A stretch of 64,000 nt of DNA from Acidobacteriota bacterium (GTDB lineage Bacteria; Acidobacteriota; Aminicenantia; UBA2199): assembly GCA_018897435.1 (NCBI GenBank), contig JAHIKI010000030.1, positions 9,447-73,446 of the forward strand, given 5' to 3'. A program made the position numbers and the translations under genes. Of the stretch, positions 28,936 to 38,577 are shown one piece after another. A model generated the notes under the pieces. The model searched no databases, was not told the DNA's origin, and saw nothing but the letters and a program-made list of their open reading frames with translations. Position 1 is the first letter of the stretch. Every line of letters starts with the position of its first letter.

Positions 28936-29979
28936 TCAGGATGTTTTTTGGCCGCATTCCGGGCAGAATTTGGCTCCCTTTTTCAAGGTTGATCCGCAAT
29001 TGCTGCAGAATGCTTTTTTGGGAAATTCGACGCCGCAGTTAGGGCAGAATTTGGCTGACAGGGGAGCGTCCTTCTGGCAAGCGGGGCACTTTTTGGTTTT
29101 ACCTGTCTCAGCAGCGATTTCCGCATTTTGCTTTTTCGAGTCCTGCATGGCCTGGTTGATCATCCCCGGCATCATCATGCCCATGCCGGCACCGAGGCCC
29201 ATGCCCATGCCTGAAGACGCTTCTCCGCCTTTTTCAGCGGCTTTTTCCATGGCTTTGGCGGCCTTGAACTGCACGAATTTGCCCATATCGCCTACGGCGC
29301 TCATACCGGCCCGCTCATCGATCATTTTTTGCACTTCTTCGGGCGGGGTGATGGAGTTGATGATGAAATCAGCAATTTCCAGGCCATATTTAGCTAAGTC
29401 ATCGGCTATTCGTCCTTTGAGCCCCGCGGCCATTTCGTCAAAATACTGCGGCAATTCAAAAATGGTTTTGACTGTTTCGCCTAAAAAATCATTCAGGCGG
29501 CCCACCAGAAGGTCGCGCAGAAAGTCCTCGATATGGTCTGTGGAATAAATGGCCTGGGTCCCCGCCACTTCGGCTATGAACAATTGGGGATTGTTTACTT
29601 TGATGGAAAAAACGCCGAAAGCGCGCAGTCGAACAAAACCAAGTTCGGAATCCTTGAAGCTCACTGGCTCCTTGGTACCCCATTTCAGGTTCAGAAAAGT
29701 TTTCAGATTTACAAAATAAACCTGGGCTTGAAAAGGGGATTTGAAGCCATAGGGCAGGGACAGCAAACGGGTCAGTAGGGGAATGTTCATGGTCGACAGG
29801 ACATGGCGTCCAGCCTTGAAAGTATCCAGGGCCTTGCCGTCGCGAAAGAAAACCGCGGCCTGATTTTCCTGGACGATCAATTGCGCCCCAAGCTTGATGT
29901 CGCTCGAACCCTCTTCGGGAATGCGGTGAGAAATTTCTTTTCCCGTCTGGTCAAAGTACTTTATGATTTCCAGTTTCAA
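28936..29979 (-). CDS. SPFH-domain protein with a Gly/Met-rich linker and a C-terminal double zinc ribbon (YdjI/COG4260-like)
   Basis: The N-terminal ~240 aa match the SPFH 'virion core protein-like' pattern ([16 protein letters not shown]...GTKEPV.F.D...VRLRAFG.FS..V..P). This is followed by [17 protein letters not shown] and two CxxC-x10-12-CxxC ribbons (CPACQ..CPNCG; CSNCG..CPECG). Confidence 0.75.
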   Translation of the reverse strand: MKLEIIKYFDQTGKEISHRIPEEGSSDIKLGAQLIVQENQAAVFFRDGKALDTFKAGRHVLSTMNIPLLTRLLSLPYGFKSPFQAQVYFVNLKTFLNLKWGTKEPVSFKDSELGFVRLRAFGVFSIKVNNPQLFIAEVAGTQAIYSTDHIEDFLRDLLVGRLNDFLGETVKTIFELPQYFDEMAAGLKGRIADDLAKYGLEIADFIINSITPPEEVQKMIDERAGMSAVGDMGKFVQFKAAKAMEKAAEKGGEASSGMGMGLGAGMGMMMPGMINQAMQDSKKQNAEIAAETGKTKKCPACQKDAPLSAKFCPNCGVEFPKKAFCSNCGSTLKKGAKFCPECGQKTS

Positions 29980-29992
29980 TTTATTTTCCTCC

Positions 29993-30496
29993 TCAGTATC
30001 CTTTCAAAAGGGCGGTTCTTTGTTCGAAAGCGCCGTTGATCTGGTCGAGTTGTTCCCGCAGTGTTTCCAGCTGCGATGATTCCAGCGGCAAGGTGGCCAC
30101 GTTCTTGAACTCTTCAGTGAAGCTGACCGCCATTTCGGCGATCTTGGCGTCCCACTCGTATACCGCGTCCAATTCGGCTTCCTTGATCTTGATCAGGTCG
30201 AAAAAACCGCTGTAACCCTGGTCGGCGTAGCGAATCTCGCCAATACTTTTTTCGAGTGATTTTCCGAACAGATCGCAAACCTGCAGGAGTTCGAAGTTCT
30301 TCTGGCGGCTGGCGGCCTGCAACATACCGTTCAATCCGTTTTTCACTTTGCGCAGTTGTTTGACAATGAACTCCCGCTGCAGGCGGTCGGAATCGCGGCG
30401 CAATTCCTTTTCGTAATAGCCGCGAAAGCCCGGAATTTTATGAAGCACTTTTTCCAGCCAGTTCAATTGCCCTGAGGCTTTTTCCTTGATGTCCAT
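29993..30496 (-). CDS. hypothetical helical protein, partner of the SPFH gene
   Basis: A GGGAGG SD precedes ATG 30496 (MDIKEK...). The 167-aa product is predicted helical / coiled-coil-like by composition. Its stop lies 13 nt before the SPFH start. Confidence 0.5.
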   Translation of the reverse strand: MDIKEKASGQLNWLEKVLHKIPGFRGYYEKELRRDSDRLQREFIVKQLRKVKNGLNGMLQAASRQKNFELLQVCDLFGKSLEKSIGEIRYADQGYSGFFDLIKIKEAELDAVYEWDAKIAEMAVSFTEEFKNVATLPLESSQLETLREQLDQINGAFEQRTALLKGY

Positions 30497-30580
30497 GCTG
30501 ACCTCCCTGATGATTATAGGAAACCCTTTGTAAAAAAGCAAGTTCTTTCAATTTTTCCGGAGCAGGACATGTCCCTGGCA

Positions 30581-30609
30581 CTTGAAAATACGGGGCGATT
30601 GTGCTAATT
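30581..30609 (+). promoter_or_regulatory. sigma70-type promoter candidate for gap-pgk-tpiA-secG
   Basis: TTGAAA (30581-30586), a 17-nt spacer, TAATTT (30604-30609), then a GGAGG SD and ATG 30631. Confidence 0.4.
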
Positions 30610-30630
30610 TTTATTTCTTGGAGGTTACTC

Positions 30631-31635
30631 ATGAGCATAAAAGTTGCGATAAATGGTTTCGGAAGGATCGGCAGGCTTTTTTTGCGGACGGCTTACAAGA
30701 ACCCGGGGCTGGAGATCGTGGCCATCAACGACATCACCGACCCCAAGACCCTGGCCCACCTGCTGAAGTATGATTCGATCTTCGGTATTTTACCGGAAAA
30801 CGTGGGGCATGGAGACGGATTCATCCAGGTTGGAGAGAAAAAGATCAAGGTAACGGCCATCAAGAATCCAGCGGAACTGCCATGGAAAGAATTGGGGATC
30901 GACCTGGTCGTCGAATCCACCGGGCTGTTCACCAAGCGCCCCGAGGCGGAAAAGCATCTGCAGGCCGGGGCAAAAAAAGTCTTGATCTCAGCTCCGGCCA
31001 CCGATCCCGATATTACCATTGTTTTGGGAGTCAATGACAGCGATTATGATCCGCAAAAACACCACATCATTTCCAACGCTTCCTGCACCACCAACTGCGT
31101 GGCGCCGCTGGCCAAAGTTTTGCATGACCACTTCAAAATCCTCAAGGGCAATATGACCACCATCCACTCTTACACCAATGACCAGCGCATACTCGACCTG
31201 CCGCATAAAGACCTGCGCCGCTCGCGGGCGGCCGGCCTGTCCATGATCCCCACCTCGACCGGGGCGGCCAAGGCCGTGGGCGTGGTCATCAAAGACCTGA
31301 AGGGAAAAATAGACGGAACATCCATCCGGGTTCCGACTCCCGACGTGTCGGTGGTCGACCTGGTGGTCCATGTGGCCAGGGACACATCGGTGGAAGAGGT
31401 GCGCCAGGTGATTGAAAAGGCCGCCAACAACGGACCGATGAAGGGGATCCTGGGCTTCACCTACGAACCGCTGGTTTCCATCGACTTCAAGGGGGATGAA
31501 CGCTCCTCGATCATCGACATGGAAAATATCCTGGTCATGGAAAAGAACCTGATCAAAGTGCTGGCCTGGTACGACAACGAGTGGGCCTATTCCTGCCGGG
31601 TCCGCGACCTGATCCTCAAAATAGGCGCGAACTGA
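30631..31635 (+). CDS. gap: glyceraldehyde-3-phosphate dehydrogenase
   Basis: MSIKVAINGFGRIGR, with the catalytic SNASCTTNC. A GGAGG SD precedes ATG 30631. The ORF-track GTG at 30601 adds an implausible leader. Confidence 0.95.
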   Translation: MSIKVAINGFGRIGRLFLRTAYKNPGLEIVAINDITDPKTLAHLLKYDSIFGILPENVGHGDGFIQVGEKKIKVTAIKNPAELPWKELGIDLVVESTGLFTKRPEAEKHLQAGAKKVLISAPATDPDITIVLGVNDSDYDPQKHHIISNASCTTNCVAPLAKVLHDHFKILKGNMTTIHSYTNDQRILDLPHKDLRRSRAAGLSMIPTSTGAAKAVGVVIKDLKGKIDGTSIRVPTPDVSVVDLVVHVARDTSVEEVRQVIEKAANNGPMKGILGFTYEPLVSIDFKGDERSSIIDMENILVMEKNLIKVLAWYDNEWAYSCRVRDLILKIGAN

Positions 31636-31636
31636 A

Positions 31637-32827
31637 ATGGCGAAAAAATTCATCAAGGATATCCCCGTCAAAGGCAAACTGGTTTTTGTCAGGGACGACT
31701 TCAATGTACCCCTGAACGACAGGCAGGAGATCACTGACGATACGCGCATCCGCGCTGCCCTGCCCACCTTCTGTTACCTGATCGAAAACGGTGCCCGCAT
31801 CGTCTGCGCCTCGCACCTGGGCCGGCCCAAGGGTGAGGTGATAGCCGATTGCAGCCTCGCCCCGGTGGCCGGGCGTTTAAGCGAACTGCTGGGGCAGAAA
31901 GTATTTTTTTGCGGCGAGGCCATCGGTGCCAAGGCGGAAAAAGCCAAGGCCACATTGAAGCCTGGCCAGGTCCTGCTGCTGGAGAACCTGCGCTTTTACC
32001 CGGGCGAGACCAAGAACGATCCAGCTTTCGCTTCCGAGCTGGCCAAGGGCATCGATATTTATGTCGATGACGCGTTCGGCGCCTGCCACCGCGCCCACGC
32101 CTCCATCAGCGAGATTACCCGCCATGTCCCCATGGCTGTGAGCGGATTTCTGCTCAATAAAGAAATAGTCTTTTTAAGCATGGCGGCGGAGAATCCTCCC
32201 GAACACTACCTGGTCATTCTCGGCGGCGCCAAAATCAGCGACAAGCTGCCGCTACTGACGCACCTGTTGGATAGGGCGGAGGCGATTCTGATAGGCGGCG
32301 CCATGGCCTATACATTTCTGAAAGCCAAGGGCATGAATGTGGGCTTTTCCAAGGTGGAAAACGAATGCATTGAACTTTGTCTGGAGATCATGCAGCAGGC
32401 CGAGGCCAAGGGTGTGCGTTTCATCCTGCCCCAGGATCATATCGCGGCCACTAAAATGGAACCGAATATCACCGTCCGCATCATCCGGTCCGGGGAGGAA
32501 ATTCCGGGAGAGATGATGGGGCTGGACATCGGCCCGGAAACCGTCGAGCAATACCAGGGTGAAATCCAACGTGCCGATTTGATCTTTTGGAACGGTCCGA
32601 TGGGAGTGTTCGAGGTGGATACGTTTTCAGGCGGCACCATGGAGATCGCCGCGGCGCTGGCGGATGCCAAGGCCACGACCATCATCGGCGGCGGCGATTC
32701 GGTCGCTGCTGTCAACAAAGCCGGGGTCAGCGACCGCATCAACCATATATCGACCGGCGGGGGAGCAGCCCTGGAATTTCTTTCCGGAAAAAAGCTGCCG
32801 GGGATTGAAGCTTTGACGGAGGCATGA
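31637..32827 (+). CDS. pgk: phosphoglycerate kinase
   Basis: Contains VFVRDDFNVPL, SHLGRPKG and GGGDSVAAV. It follows gap with a 1-nt gap. Confidence 0.95.
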   Translation: MAKKFIKDIPVKGKLVFVRDDFNVPLNDRQEITDDTRIRAALPTFCYLIENGARIVCASHLGRPKGEVIADCSLAPVAGRLSELLGQKVFFCGEAIGAKAEKAKATLKPGQVLLLENLRFYPGETKNDPAFASELAKGIDIYVDDAFGACHRAHASISEITRHVPMAVSGFLLNKEIVFLSMAAENPPEHYLVILGGAKISDKLPLLTHLLDRAEAILIGGAMAYTFLKAKGMNVGFSKVENECIELCLEIMQQAEAKGVRFILPQDHIAATKMEPNITVRIIRSGEEIPGEMMGLDIGPETVEQYQGEIQRADLIFWNGPMGVFEVDTFSGGTMEIAAALADAKATTIIGGGDSVAAVNKAGVSDRINHISTGGGAALEFLSGKKLPGIEALTEA

Positions 32828-33582
32828 TGGGCAAGGAATACCTGATCGCGGGCAACTGGAAAATGTTCAAGACCGTTGCCGAGAGCCGGGAATTCGTCCA
32901 GGCCCTTGCCAAAGAGTTTACCGCCGTCCCCGGCCTGGAAGTGGCTCTTTTTCCTCCCTTTACCGCCCTGGCGGCCACGCACGGGTTGGACCCGAAGATC
33001 AAGATCGGCGCCCAGAATATGTTTTTCGAGGAAAAGGGGGCTTTTACCGGCGAGATCTCGCCCCTGATGCTTCAGGAAACGGCCGATTGCGTCCTGGTCG
33101 GGCATTCCGAGCGACGGGAAATTTTTGCCGAAAGCGATGAAGACGTGAATAAAAAAATGAAAGCGGCCTTGAAATTCAACCTGCCGCCGCTTCTGTGCAT
33201 TGGTGAAACCCTGCCGGAACGGGAAGCGGGGAAAACCCTGCCGAAAGTAAGGTTGCAACTGGAGAAAGCGCTGCAAGGAGTGGCCGACGCGGATATGGAA
33301 AAGATCACCGTGGCCTATGAACCGATTTGGGCCATCGGCACTGGCCGCAACGCCACTCCCGAACAAGCCCAGGAAGTGCATCATTTCATCAGGCAAACTT
33401 TGCAGGAAATGGCGCCGGGAAATAAAATTAAAATCCTTTACGGTGGTTCGGTCAAGCCAGAAAACAGTCTGGAACTGCTTGACCAGGAAGATATTTCCGG
33501 AGTTTTGGTGGGCGGTGCCTCCTTGAAAGTGGATCAATTTTCTGCTATAATCCAAAATGCGTTAAAACTTCTGCGCGCATAG
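32824..33582 (+). CDS. tpiA: triosephosphate isomerase
   Basis: Contains AGNWKM, VGHSERR and YEPIWAIGTG. The start overlaps the pgk stop (ATGA). Confidence 0.95.
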   Translation: MMGKEYLIAGNWKMFKTVAESREFVQALAKEFTAVPGLEVALFPPFTALAATHGLDPKIKIGAQNMFFEEKGAFTGEISPLMLQETADCVLVGHSERREIFAESDEDVNKKMKAALKFNLPPLLCIGETLPEREAGKTLPKVRLQLEKALQGVADADMEKITVAYEPIWAIGTGRNATPEQAQEVHHFIRQTLQEMAPGNKIKILYGGSVKPENSLELLDQEDISGVLVGGASLKVDQFSAIIQNALKLLRA

Positions 33583-33590
33583 GAGGCAAC

Positions 33591-33941
33591 TTGGAAGGCG
33601 TTTTACTTTTTATTCATATAGCTGTATGTCTTTTGCTGGTTATCGTTGTACTGTTGCAGAGCGGCAAGAGTGCCGACTTGGCCGGGGCTTTCGGAGGCTA
33701 TGGCAGCCAGTCCACTTTCGGTCCCCGCGGTGCGGCCTCGCTGCTTTCCAAGCTCACCACTACGCTGGCGATACTGTTCATGGTGACCTCGCTGTTGCTG
33801 CAGATCCTAGCGGCCGGCAGGAACCGTTCCGGATCGGTGCTGGGCAAGGAGAAGCCGGCGGCCAAGACCGAAACGTCGCAGCCGCTCAAATCTGAAAGCA
33901 CTATTCCCCAGGAACAGCCGAAAAGCGAACCTGGCAAATAG
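33591..33941 (+). CDS. secG: preprotein translocase subunit SecG
   Basis: The start is TTG. LLQSGKSADLAGAFGG.GSQSTFG and two TM helices match SecG. The position after tpiA is conserved. Confidence 0.8.
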   Translation: MEGVLLFIHIAVCLLLVIVVLLQSGKSADLAGAFGGYGSQSTFGPRGAASLLSKLTTTLAILFMVTSLLLQILAAGRNRSGSVLGKEKPAAKTETSQPLKSESTIPQEQPKSEPGK

Positions 33942-33999
33942 GCGATCCGCTTTTCGCGGTCCATCGCAATTTCACGGAGTATTGACTTGTTAATTACAG

Positions 34000-34083
<84 letters not shown>

Positions 34084-34088
34084 GATAT

Positions 34089-34178
34089 GGAGAGGTGCTG
34101 GAGTGGTCGAACAGGGCTGCCTGCTAAGCAGTTGTCCCGGGTAAACTGGGACCGTGGGTTCGAATCCCACCCTCTCCG
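34089..34178 (+). tRNA. tRNA-Ser (anticodon GCT), class II, no encoded CCA
   Basis: Hand-folded. Acceptor stem GGAGAGG/CCTCTCC with discriminator G. Anticodon stem GCTGC/GCAGT with loop CTGCTAA. Long variable arm GTCCCGG-gtaaa-CTGGGAC. T-arm GTGGG-TTCGAAT-CCCAC. Confidence 0.9.
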
Positions 34179-34244
34179 TTTCTATATTCCTGCTCCTGAA
34201 GACTTAAAAACTTCATTATAAGGAAAATTGTCCTGTTTAAAACA

Positions 34245-34274
34245 TTGACTTGGAAATACCGTTGTGCATAAAAT
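34245..34274 (+). promoter_or_regulatory. sigma70-type promoter candidate placed for a leaderless rodZ transcript
   Basis: TTGACT (34245-34250), an 18-nt spacer, TAAAAT (34269-34274), then only 5 nt (AGGGT) before ATG 34280. Confidence 0.4.
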
Positions 34275-34279
34275 AGGGT

Positions 34280-35029
34280 ATGGAAAAAATTCTCGGGCAG
34301 GCGCTGAAAAATGAACGGGAGATGCGCGGCATTTCCCTGGCCGAAATAGCCGCCGAAACCCGTATTGGTACCAGTTTCCTGAAGGCCTTGGAAAACGAGG
34401 AATTCGACCTGTTCCCCGGAAATTTCTATATCCATTACTATATCAAAAATTACCTGAAGGCCTGCGGTGCTGATGATACGGCTTTTTTTAATACTTATCA
34501 GGCTTATCTCAAAGATGTATTGAAAAAGGGCGATAAAATGACGCCCGAGCAGTACCTGAACAAGATGGAATATGTCAAAGTCAGGAAGAGCAAAAGAATT
34601 TTGACGGCGCTGTTCATGCTGGCAGGCCTGGGTGCTCTTTTTTACTTTTTATTGGGACCGCCCCGCTTATTGAGAATGGTCATTGACGGCGGCAATTCAC
34701 CAGCCTTCGAATTCCCGGCTTTTTCCAATTACCTGCTGAATCTCGAGGCAAATTATTGCCTGAGCGGTCCACCGATCGTTGCGCTCATGACTTTTGACGC
34801 TCCCTGCTGGCTGCAATTGTGGCGCGGTGGCGAAAAAGTGCAGGAAAAAATATTCCGCAAAGGTGAGGTTTTCTCCCTGAACGGCTACCAGCTGATCATG
34901 GTTATAGCCAATCCCCAGGCGCTGCGGCTTTCTCTAAACGGCCAGGAAGTATCCTATTTCCGCAATTCTCCAACCCCCCTGAAACTGGCCGTTAATCCCG
35001 AAAATCTGCAGGAAATACTGCAGCGCTGA
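34280..35029 (+). CDS. rodZ: RodZ-like cytoskeleton-associated protein (HTH, TM helix, C-terminal beta domain)
   Basis: The N-terminal XRE-type HTH is LGQALKNEREMRGISLAEIAAETRIGTSFLKALENEEFDLFPG. It has a single TM helix (ILTALFMLAGLGALFYFLL) and a C-terminal DUF4115-like region. Confidence 0.7.
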   Translation: MEKILGQALKNEREMRGISLAEIAAETRIGTSFLKALENEEFDLFPGNFYIHYYIKNYLKACGADDTAFFNTYQAYLKDVLKKGDKMTPEQYLNKMEYVKVRKSKRILTALFMLAGLGALFYFLLGPPRLLRMVIDGGNSPAFEFPAFSNYLLNLEANYCLSGPPIVALMTFDAPCWLQLWRGGEKVQEKIFRKGEVFSLNGYQLIMVIANPQALRLSLNGQEVSYFRNSPTPLKLAVNPENLQEILQR

Positions 35030-35033
35030 CCCC

Positions 35034-36056
35034 GTGATTTCAAAAAATCCGCTGGTTTTACAAATCGCCGCCGGCACTTCCAGTGATGAGCTTTTGAAGT
35101 TCTTGCTGAACAAGCAGTTGGCTTTCACTGAAGAGGAGTACTTGGAAAGCCTGGTTTTTGTGCTGCCCGACCTGAGGTTTCATGAACGTGCCCTGGAGAT
35201 GCTGGGGCTGGTTTCCCAGCCCATCAAGGAAAAATATATACAAAAAAAAGATGCCGATGCGCGGGTAGCCGATTTCATCCTGCAGGAGGCGCTTGACGCC
35301 GGCTATTTCAACATGCTGACCCTGATCATTCAGAACCAGAATTTTCCCACCGAATTCCTGCTGCGCATCGCCATGCAAGCCAAAGCGGCAGTACTGGAAG
35401 TCCTGCTGGAAAACCAGATCCAACTGATCGCCTATCCCGAGATCATGGAAAAAATGGAAACCAACCCGGAATGCGGTCCGTTCATTCGCGGCCGCATCAA
35501 GGAGTTGCGAGAATTTTATTTTCAGACCCAGGTCGCTGAAGTCATCCCCGAGACTGAAGTCCTGGAGGAATTGACCTCGGTCATCGCCGAGGAGCAAAAA
35601 GAGGATGAGCAGTTGGACGCGGAAATGATCCAGCAGGCGGCCATGACTACCCTGCAGCTTATCAACCACATGTCGGTTTCCGAGCGCGTTCGCCTGGCTT
35701 TGACCGGGAACAAGACGGAACGGCTGGTTTTGATCAAGGATGCCAACAAGATGGTGCAGACCGCCGTGCTGGAGAGCCCGAAAATGGCCGACGATGAAGT
35801 GCTGATCCATATCCGCAATTTGAGCTTATCCTCGGAAATCATCGGTAAAATTGCCAACAATCGCGACTGGACCAAGAATTACACCGTCGTCCTGGGCCTG
35901 GTGCAGAACCCGAAAACCCCGGTCAATCGCGCCATCAGTTTTATCAAGCAGCTGCACATGCGTGATCTGAAATTGCTTTCTCAGGACCGGAATATCAGCC
36001 CGGTCATCCGCTCCCTGGCTCAGAATCTGCAGAAACAGAAAGAAAGGGTCAAATAG
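35034..36056 (+). CDS. hypothetical helical-repeat protein
   Basis: A 340-aa ORF with a GTG start 5 nt after the rodZ stop. Composition is helical and acidic, with possible HEAT/ARM-like repeats. I recognise no family. Confidence 0.5.
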   Translation: MISKNPLVLQIAAGTSSDELLKFLLNKQLAFTEEEYLESLVFVLPDLRFHERALEMLGLVSQPIKEKYIQKKDADARVADFILQEALDAGYFNMLTLIIQNQNFPTEFLLRIAMQAKAAVLEVLLENQIQLIAYPEIMEKMETNPECGPFIRGRIKELREFYFQTQVAEVIPETEVLEELTSVIAEEQKEDEQLDAEMIQQAAMTTLQLINHMSVSERVRLALTGNKTERLVLIKDANKMVQTAVLESPKMADDEVLIHIRNLSLSSEIIGKIANNRDWTKNYTVVLGLVQNPKTPVNRAISFIKQLHMRDLKLLSQDRNISPVIRSLAQNLQKQKERVK

Positions 36057-37359
36057 CCAGCAGCTTGTACAGCAGGCTCTTGACATCAAAAATGGTCAGG
36101 GGTTTGCCAAATGGATCGCCGCTACTGCAGGCGAAAAAAGCGTTGTCCTGTTGGTGCATGCCTGTGAAATAGCTGGTACCTGTTTCCTGATCCTTCTCCA
36201 GGCCGCCCTTCAGGTCATAACCGGGTTTGGACAGCAACACCAGGTCGGGGGCGGCTGCCATTTGGGCGCCGTTGTACAATTCTTCCTTGAAGTAGACTTT
36301 GCGGATGATCTTTTCGCCGTTGATCTCGTAGTTTTCGAACAACTGCTTCAGATCATCCCCTACTTTTTGCATATCACTTTTGGCTACTCCGCCCTTGAAA
36401 TATTTGTCTTTCTGGTGGATATATATCCGCGAAGGATCCAGGGCAAAGGCCCTGGCCTGGGGGCTAATGCAGGCCAGGCTCCTGGTTACGGCTTTTTCCA
36501 AACTGAAATAGCCGTGCTTTTTTAGGATCGGGTTCAGGTACACTTCGCTTTTGATTGGGCCGAAACCGTGATCCGAGAGCGCCACGATCTCTATATCCCC
36601 GGCAGCGTTGGCGCGTTGCAGAAAAGAAGCTGCGATCTGGTCGACTTCGTGATAAAGACCATTGAACTCGCAGTTGTATGGATGACGGCTGTCGCCGTAG
36701 GCGTCATAGAGAAAGTGCTGGAGCCTGTCGGTTTCGGTTACGGTGAACATGAAAACATCCCAGTTTTCCTTTTCCCACAGGATGTCGGCGATCTGCTTGC
36801 GGATCTTCAGCGAGCAATGCAGGTCGGCCAGGAACTCGGCTTTTTTGTCCCTGCCTTTGCCGGCATCCACGTCAATCTGGTAACCCATTTGCTTTAGAAT
36901 GGGGAGGTAGCTGGACGGAAAAACCGCTTTTTCCAGGTCCAGGGCCACGAATCCCGAGATCAAGACGCCCGGAATGGGCCGGGCTGGATAGGTCGCCGGC
37001 AGGTTGATGATCACCGAACGCTTGTCTTTCAGTCCCAATTCGTCAAAAAAAGTCGTGGCTTTCAGGTCGCTGAAATTGGGGAAGCGGTATTGGTAGGTAC
37101 CGGGTACTAAGTCGACAAAACCGAAAATGCCGTGGTTGCCGGCCTGGGTCCCGGTCATGAAACTGGACCAGGATACGGCTGAAATTTCCGGAATGGACAC
37201 CGACATTTTTACGGTACTAGCGGCAAAGAATTTATTAAGAGTAGGCAGCAATGACGGCTGGCCGTTGCCGGTGAGCATTTCATGGGAAACTCCATCCAAT
37301 CCTATGATCAGGAGTTTTTTGCCTTTTTTATTAAAAATGGTCCTTTCCTCCTGCACCAC
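36049..37359 (-). CDS. alkaline-phosphatase-superfamily protein (type I phosphodiesterase / nucleotide pyrophosphatase-like)
   Basis: The N-terminal metal-site pattern is KLLIIGLDGVSHEML, with SAVSWSSFMTG and ALSDHGFGP further along. These are typical of the Phosphodiest/NPP family. Confidence 0.7.
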   Translation of the reverse strand: MVQEERTIFNKKGKKLLIIGLDGVSHEMLTGNGQPSLLPTLNKFFAASTVKMSVSIPEISAVSWSSFMTGTQAGNHGIFGFVDLVPGTYQYRFPNFSDLKATTFFDELGLKDKRSVIINLPATYPARPIPGVLISGFVALDLEKAVFPSSYLPILKQMGYQIDVDAGKGRDKKAEFLADLHCSLKIRKQIADILWEKENWDVFMFTVTETDRLQHFLYDAYGDSRHPYNCEFNGLYHEVDQIAASFLQRANAAGDIEIVALSDHGFGPIKSEVYLNPILKKHGYFSLEKAVTRSLACISPQARAFALDPSRIYIHQKDKYFKGGVAKSDMQKVGDDLKQLFENYEINGEKIIRKVYFKEELYNGAQMAAAPDLVLLSKPGYDLKGGLEKDQETGTSYFTGMHQQDNAFFACSSGDPFGKPLTIFDVKSLLYKLLAI

Positions 37360-37418
37360 CGCAGCAAAAGGCGGTTTTTTTTGCTGCAGTTATTTGCCAG
37401 GGCGTTTTGCTGCCCTTA

Positions 37419-38567
37419 TCACTCCACGAAGGGATTTTCATGCTTGAGGATCTCTTCGGCCACTTCCTTGCGCATCATGGATTCGGGCGGTGTCTGGTGG
37501 TCGACCAGTTTTTCGCGGATGATCTTGCCGGCAAAATCGATATGGTCGCTCTGGGGATGGGGGCAGGTCTTGTCGTTGGCAATGGAATTGCACTTTTTGC
37601 AGAAAAAGAAACTCATGAAAAAAATGGGGGTAATGCCCAGATCGGGAAAGAACTCGAATATCTTTTGGGCGGCAAAAGGATGGTAATAATTGCCCACACC
37701 GGCATGGTCGCGTCCTACGATGAAATGCGAACAGCCGAAATTTTTGCGCACGATGGCATGAAAAACGGCCTCTTTGGGACCGGCGTAGCGCATCTCGGTC
37801 TGCAGGATGGACATAACCGTTCGTTCCTTGACGTAATATTCGTCGATCAGCGCTTTGTAGGAGTCGAGAATCACCTGGTCGGTGAAATCGCCGGTTTTTT
37901 TCTTACCGATCACCGGGTTGATAAACAGGCCGTCCACAATCGATTGCGCAGATTTCTGCACGTATTCGTGACCGAGGTGGGAAACGTTGCGGGTCTGAAA
38001 ACCGACCACTGTATCCCACTTTTTTTCCTTGAAAAGCACGCGGGTTTCGCGCGGGGTCAGGTAGTAGGCGGGGAAATTGGAAATGGTATTGCCCAGGAAA
38101 TTGACGCTGCCGCCAACAAAGTATTCACCGGAGGTTTTCAGCTGCTGAACGCCGGGATGTTTCTCGTCGGTAGTCCCATAGACATTCTTGGCGTATTCTT
38201 CAAAGTTCCAGGTGTAAATATCTTCCACCTGCATGGAAGCGATCGCGCCTTCCCTGGTTTTCAGGATGATGGTGTCATTCTTGGCAAATTGTTTTGTGCT
38301 CTCCTTGCCCACTGACAACACGATGGGCAGGGTCCAGGCATGGCCGCTGGCCAACCGGTTGCGCTGGACGACTTCACGGAAATCATCCTGGGTCATGAAG
38401 CCTTGCAGCGGTGAAAAGACTCCGCTGGCGATGTTTTGGACTTCGATGGCTTTTTCTTCATCGATCTCCAGGTTGAAAAATTTATCCTGGTAGGACAGGA
38501 TGGCTTCCCTTTCTTTTTCGGACAAGATGCGATTGATCAGTGTGCCTCCGTGCGGTTTGACGATCAT
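37419..38567 (-). CDS. sat: sulfate adenylyltransferase (ATP sulfurylase)
   Basis: Contains MIVKPHGGTLINR, GFQTRNVSHLGHEYV and HFIVGRDHAGVGNYY. Confidence 0.93.
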   Translation of the reverse strand: MIVKPHGGTLINRILSEKEREAILSYQDKFFNLEIDEEKAIEVQNIASGVFSPLQGFMTQDDFREVVQRNRLASGHAWTLPIVLSVGKESTKQFAKNDTIILKTREGAIASMQVEDIYTWNFEEYAKNVYGTTDEKHPGVQQLKTSGEYFVGGSVNFLGNTISNFPAYYLTPRETRVLFKEKKWDTVVGFQTRNVSHLGHEYVQKSAQSIVDGLFINPVIGKKKTGDFTDQVILDSYKALIDEYYVKERTVMSILQTEMRYAGPKEAVFHAIVRKNFGCSHFIVGRDHAGVGNYYHPFAAQKIFEFFPDLGITPIFFMSFFFCKKCNSIANDKTCPHPQSDHIDFAGKIIREKLVDHQTPPESMMRKEVAEEILKHENPFVE

Positions 38568-38577
38568 GATTGTCTCC

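Noticed and set aside
30575-30590. TGGCAC upstream of gap, considered as a sigma54 -24 element.
   Set aside because: The required GC element at -12, with correct spacing (TGGCAC-N5-TTGCA), is absent because TTG follows immediately. A sigma70-type TTGAAA-17-TAATTT fits better.
32437-33555. A 372-aa minus-strand ORF. Similar cases occur at 30988-31767, 35058-35810, 37407-38315, 17488-18264, 50462-51295, 56234-57079, 62111-63022 and 15637-16428.
   Set aside because: All lie antisense to genes with clear family signatures (tpiA/pgk, gap, sat, UXS, ABC ATPase, sulfatase-TPR, lipid kinase, feoB). None has a recognisable motif or an RBS.
34124-34435. A 103-aa minus-strand ORF.
   Set aside because: It overlaps tRNA-Ser and the rodZ promoter and start. 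It contains tRNA-complement sequence and has no supporting signals.
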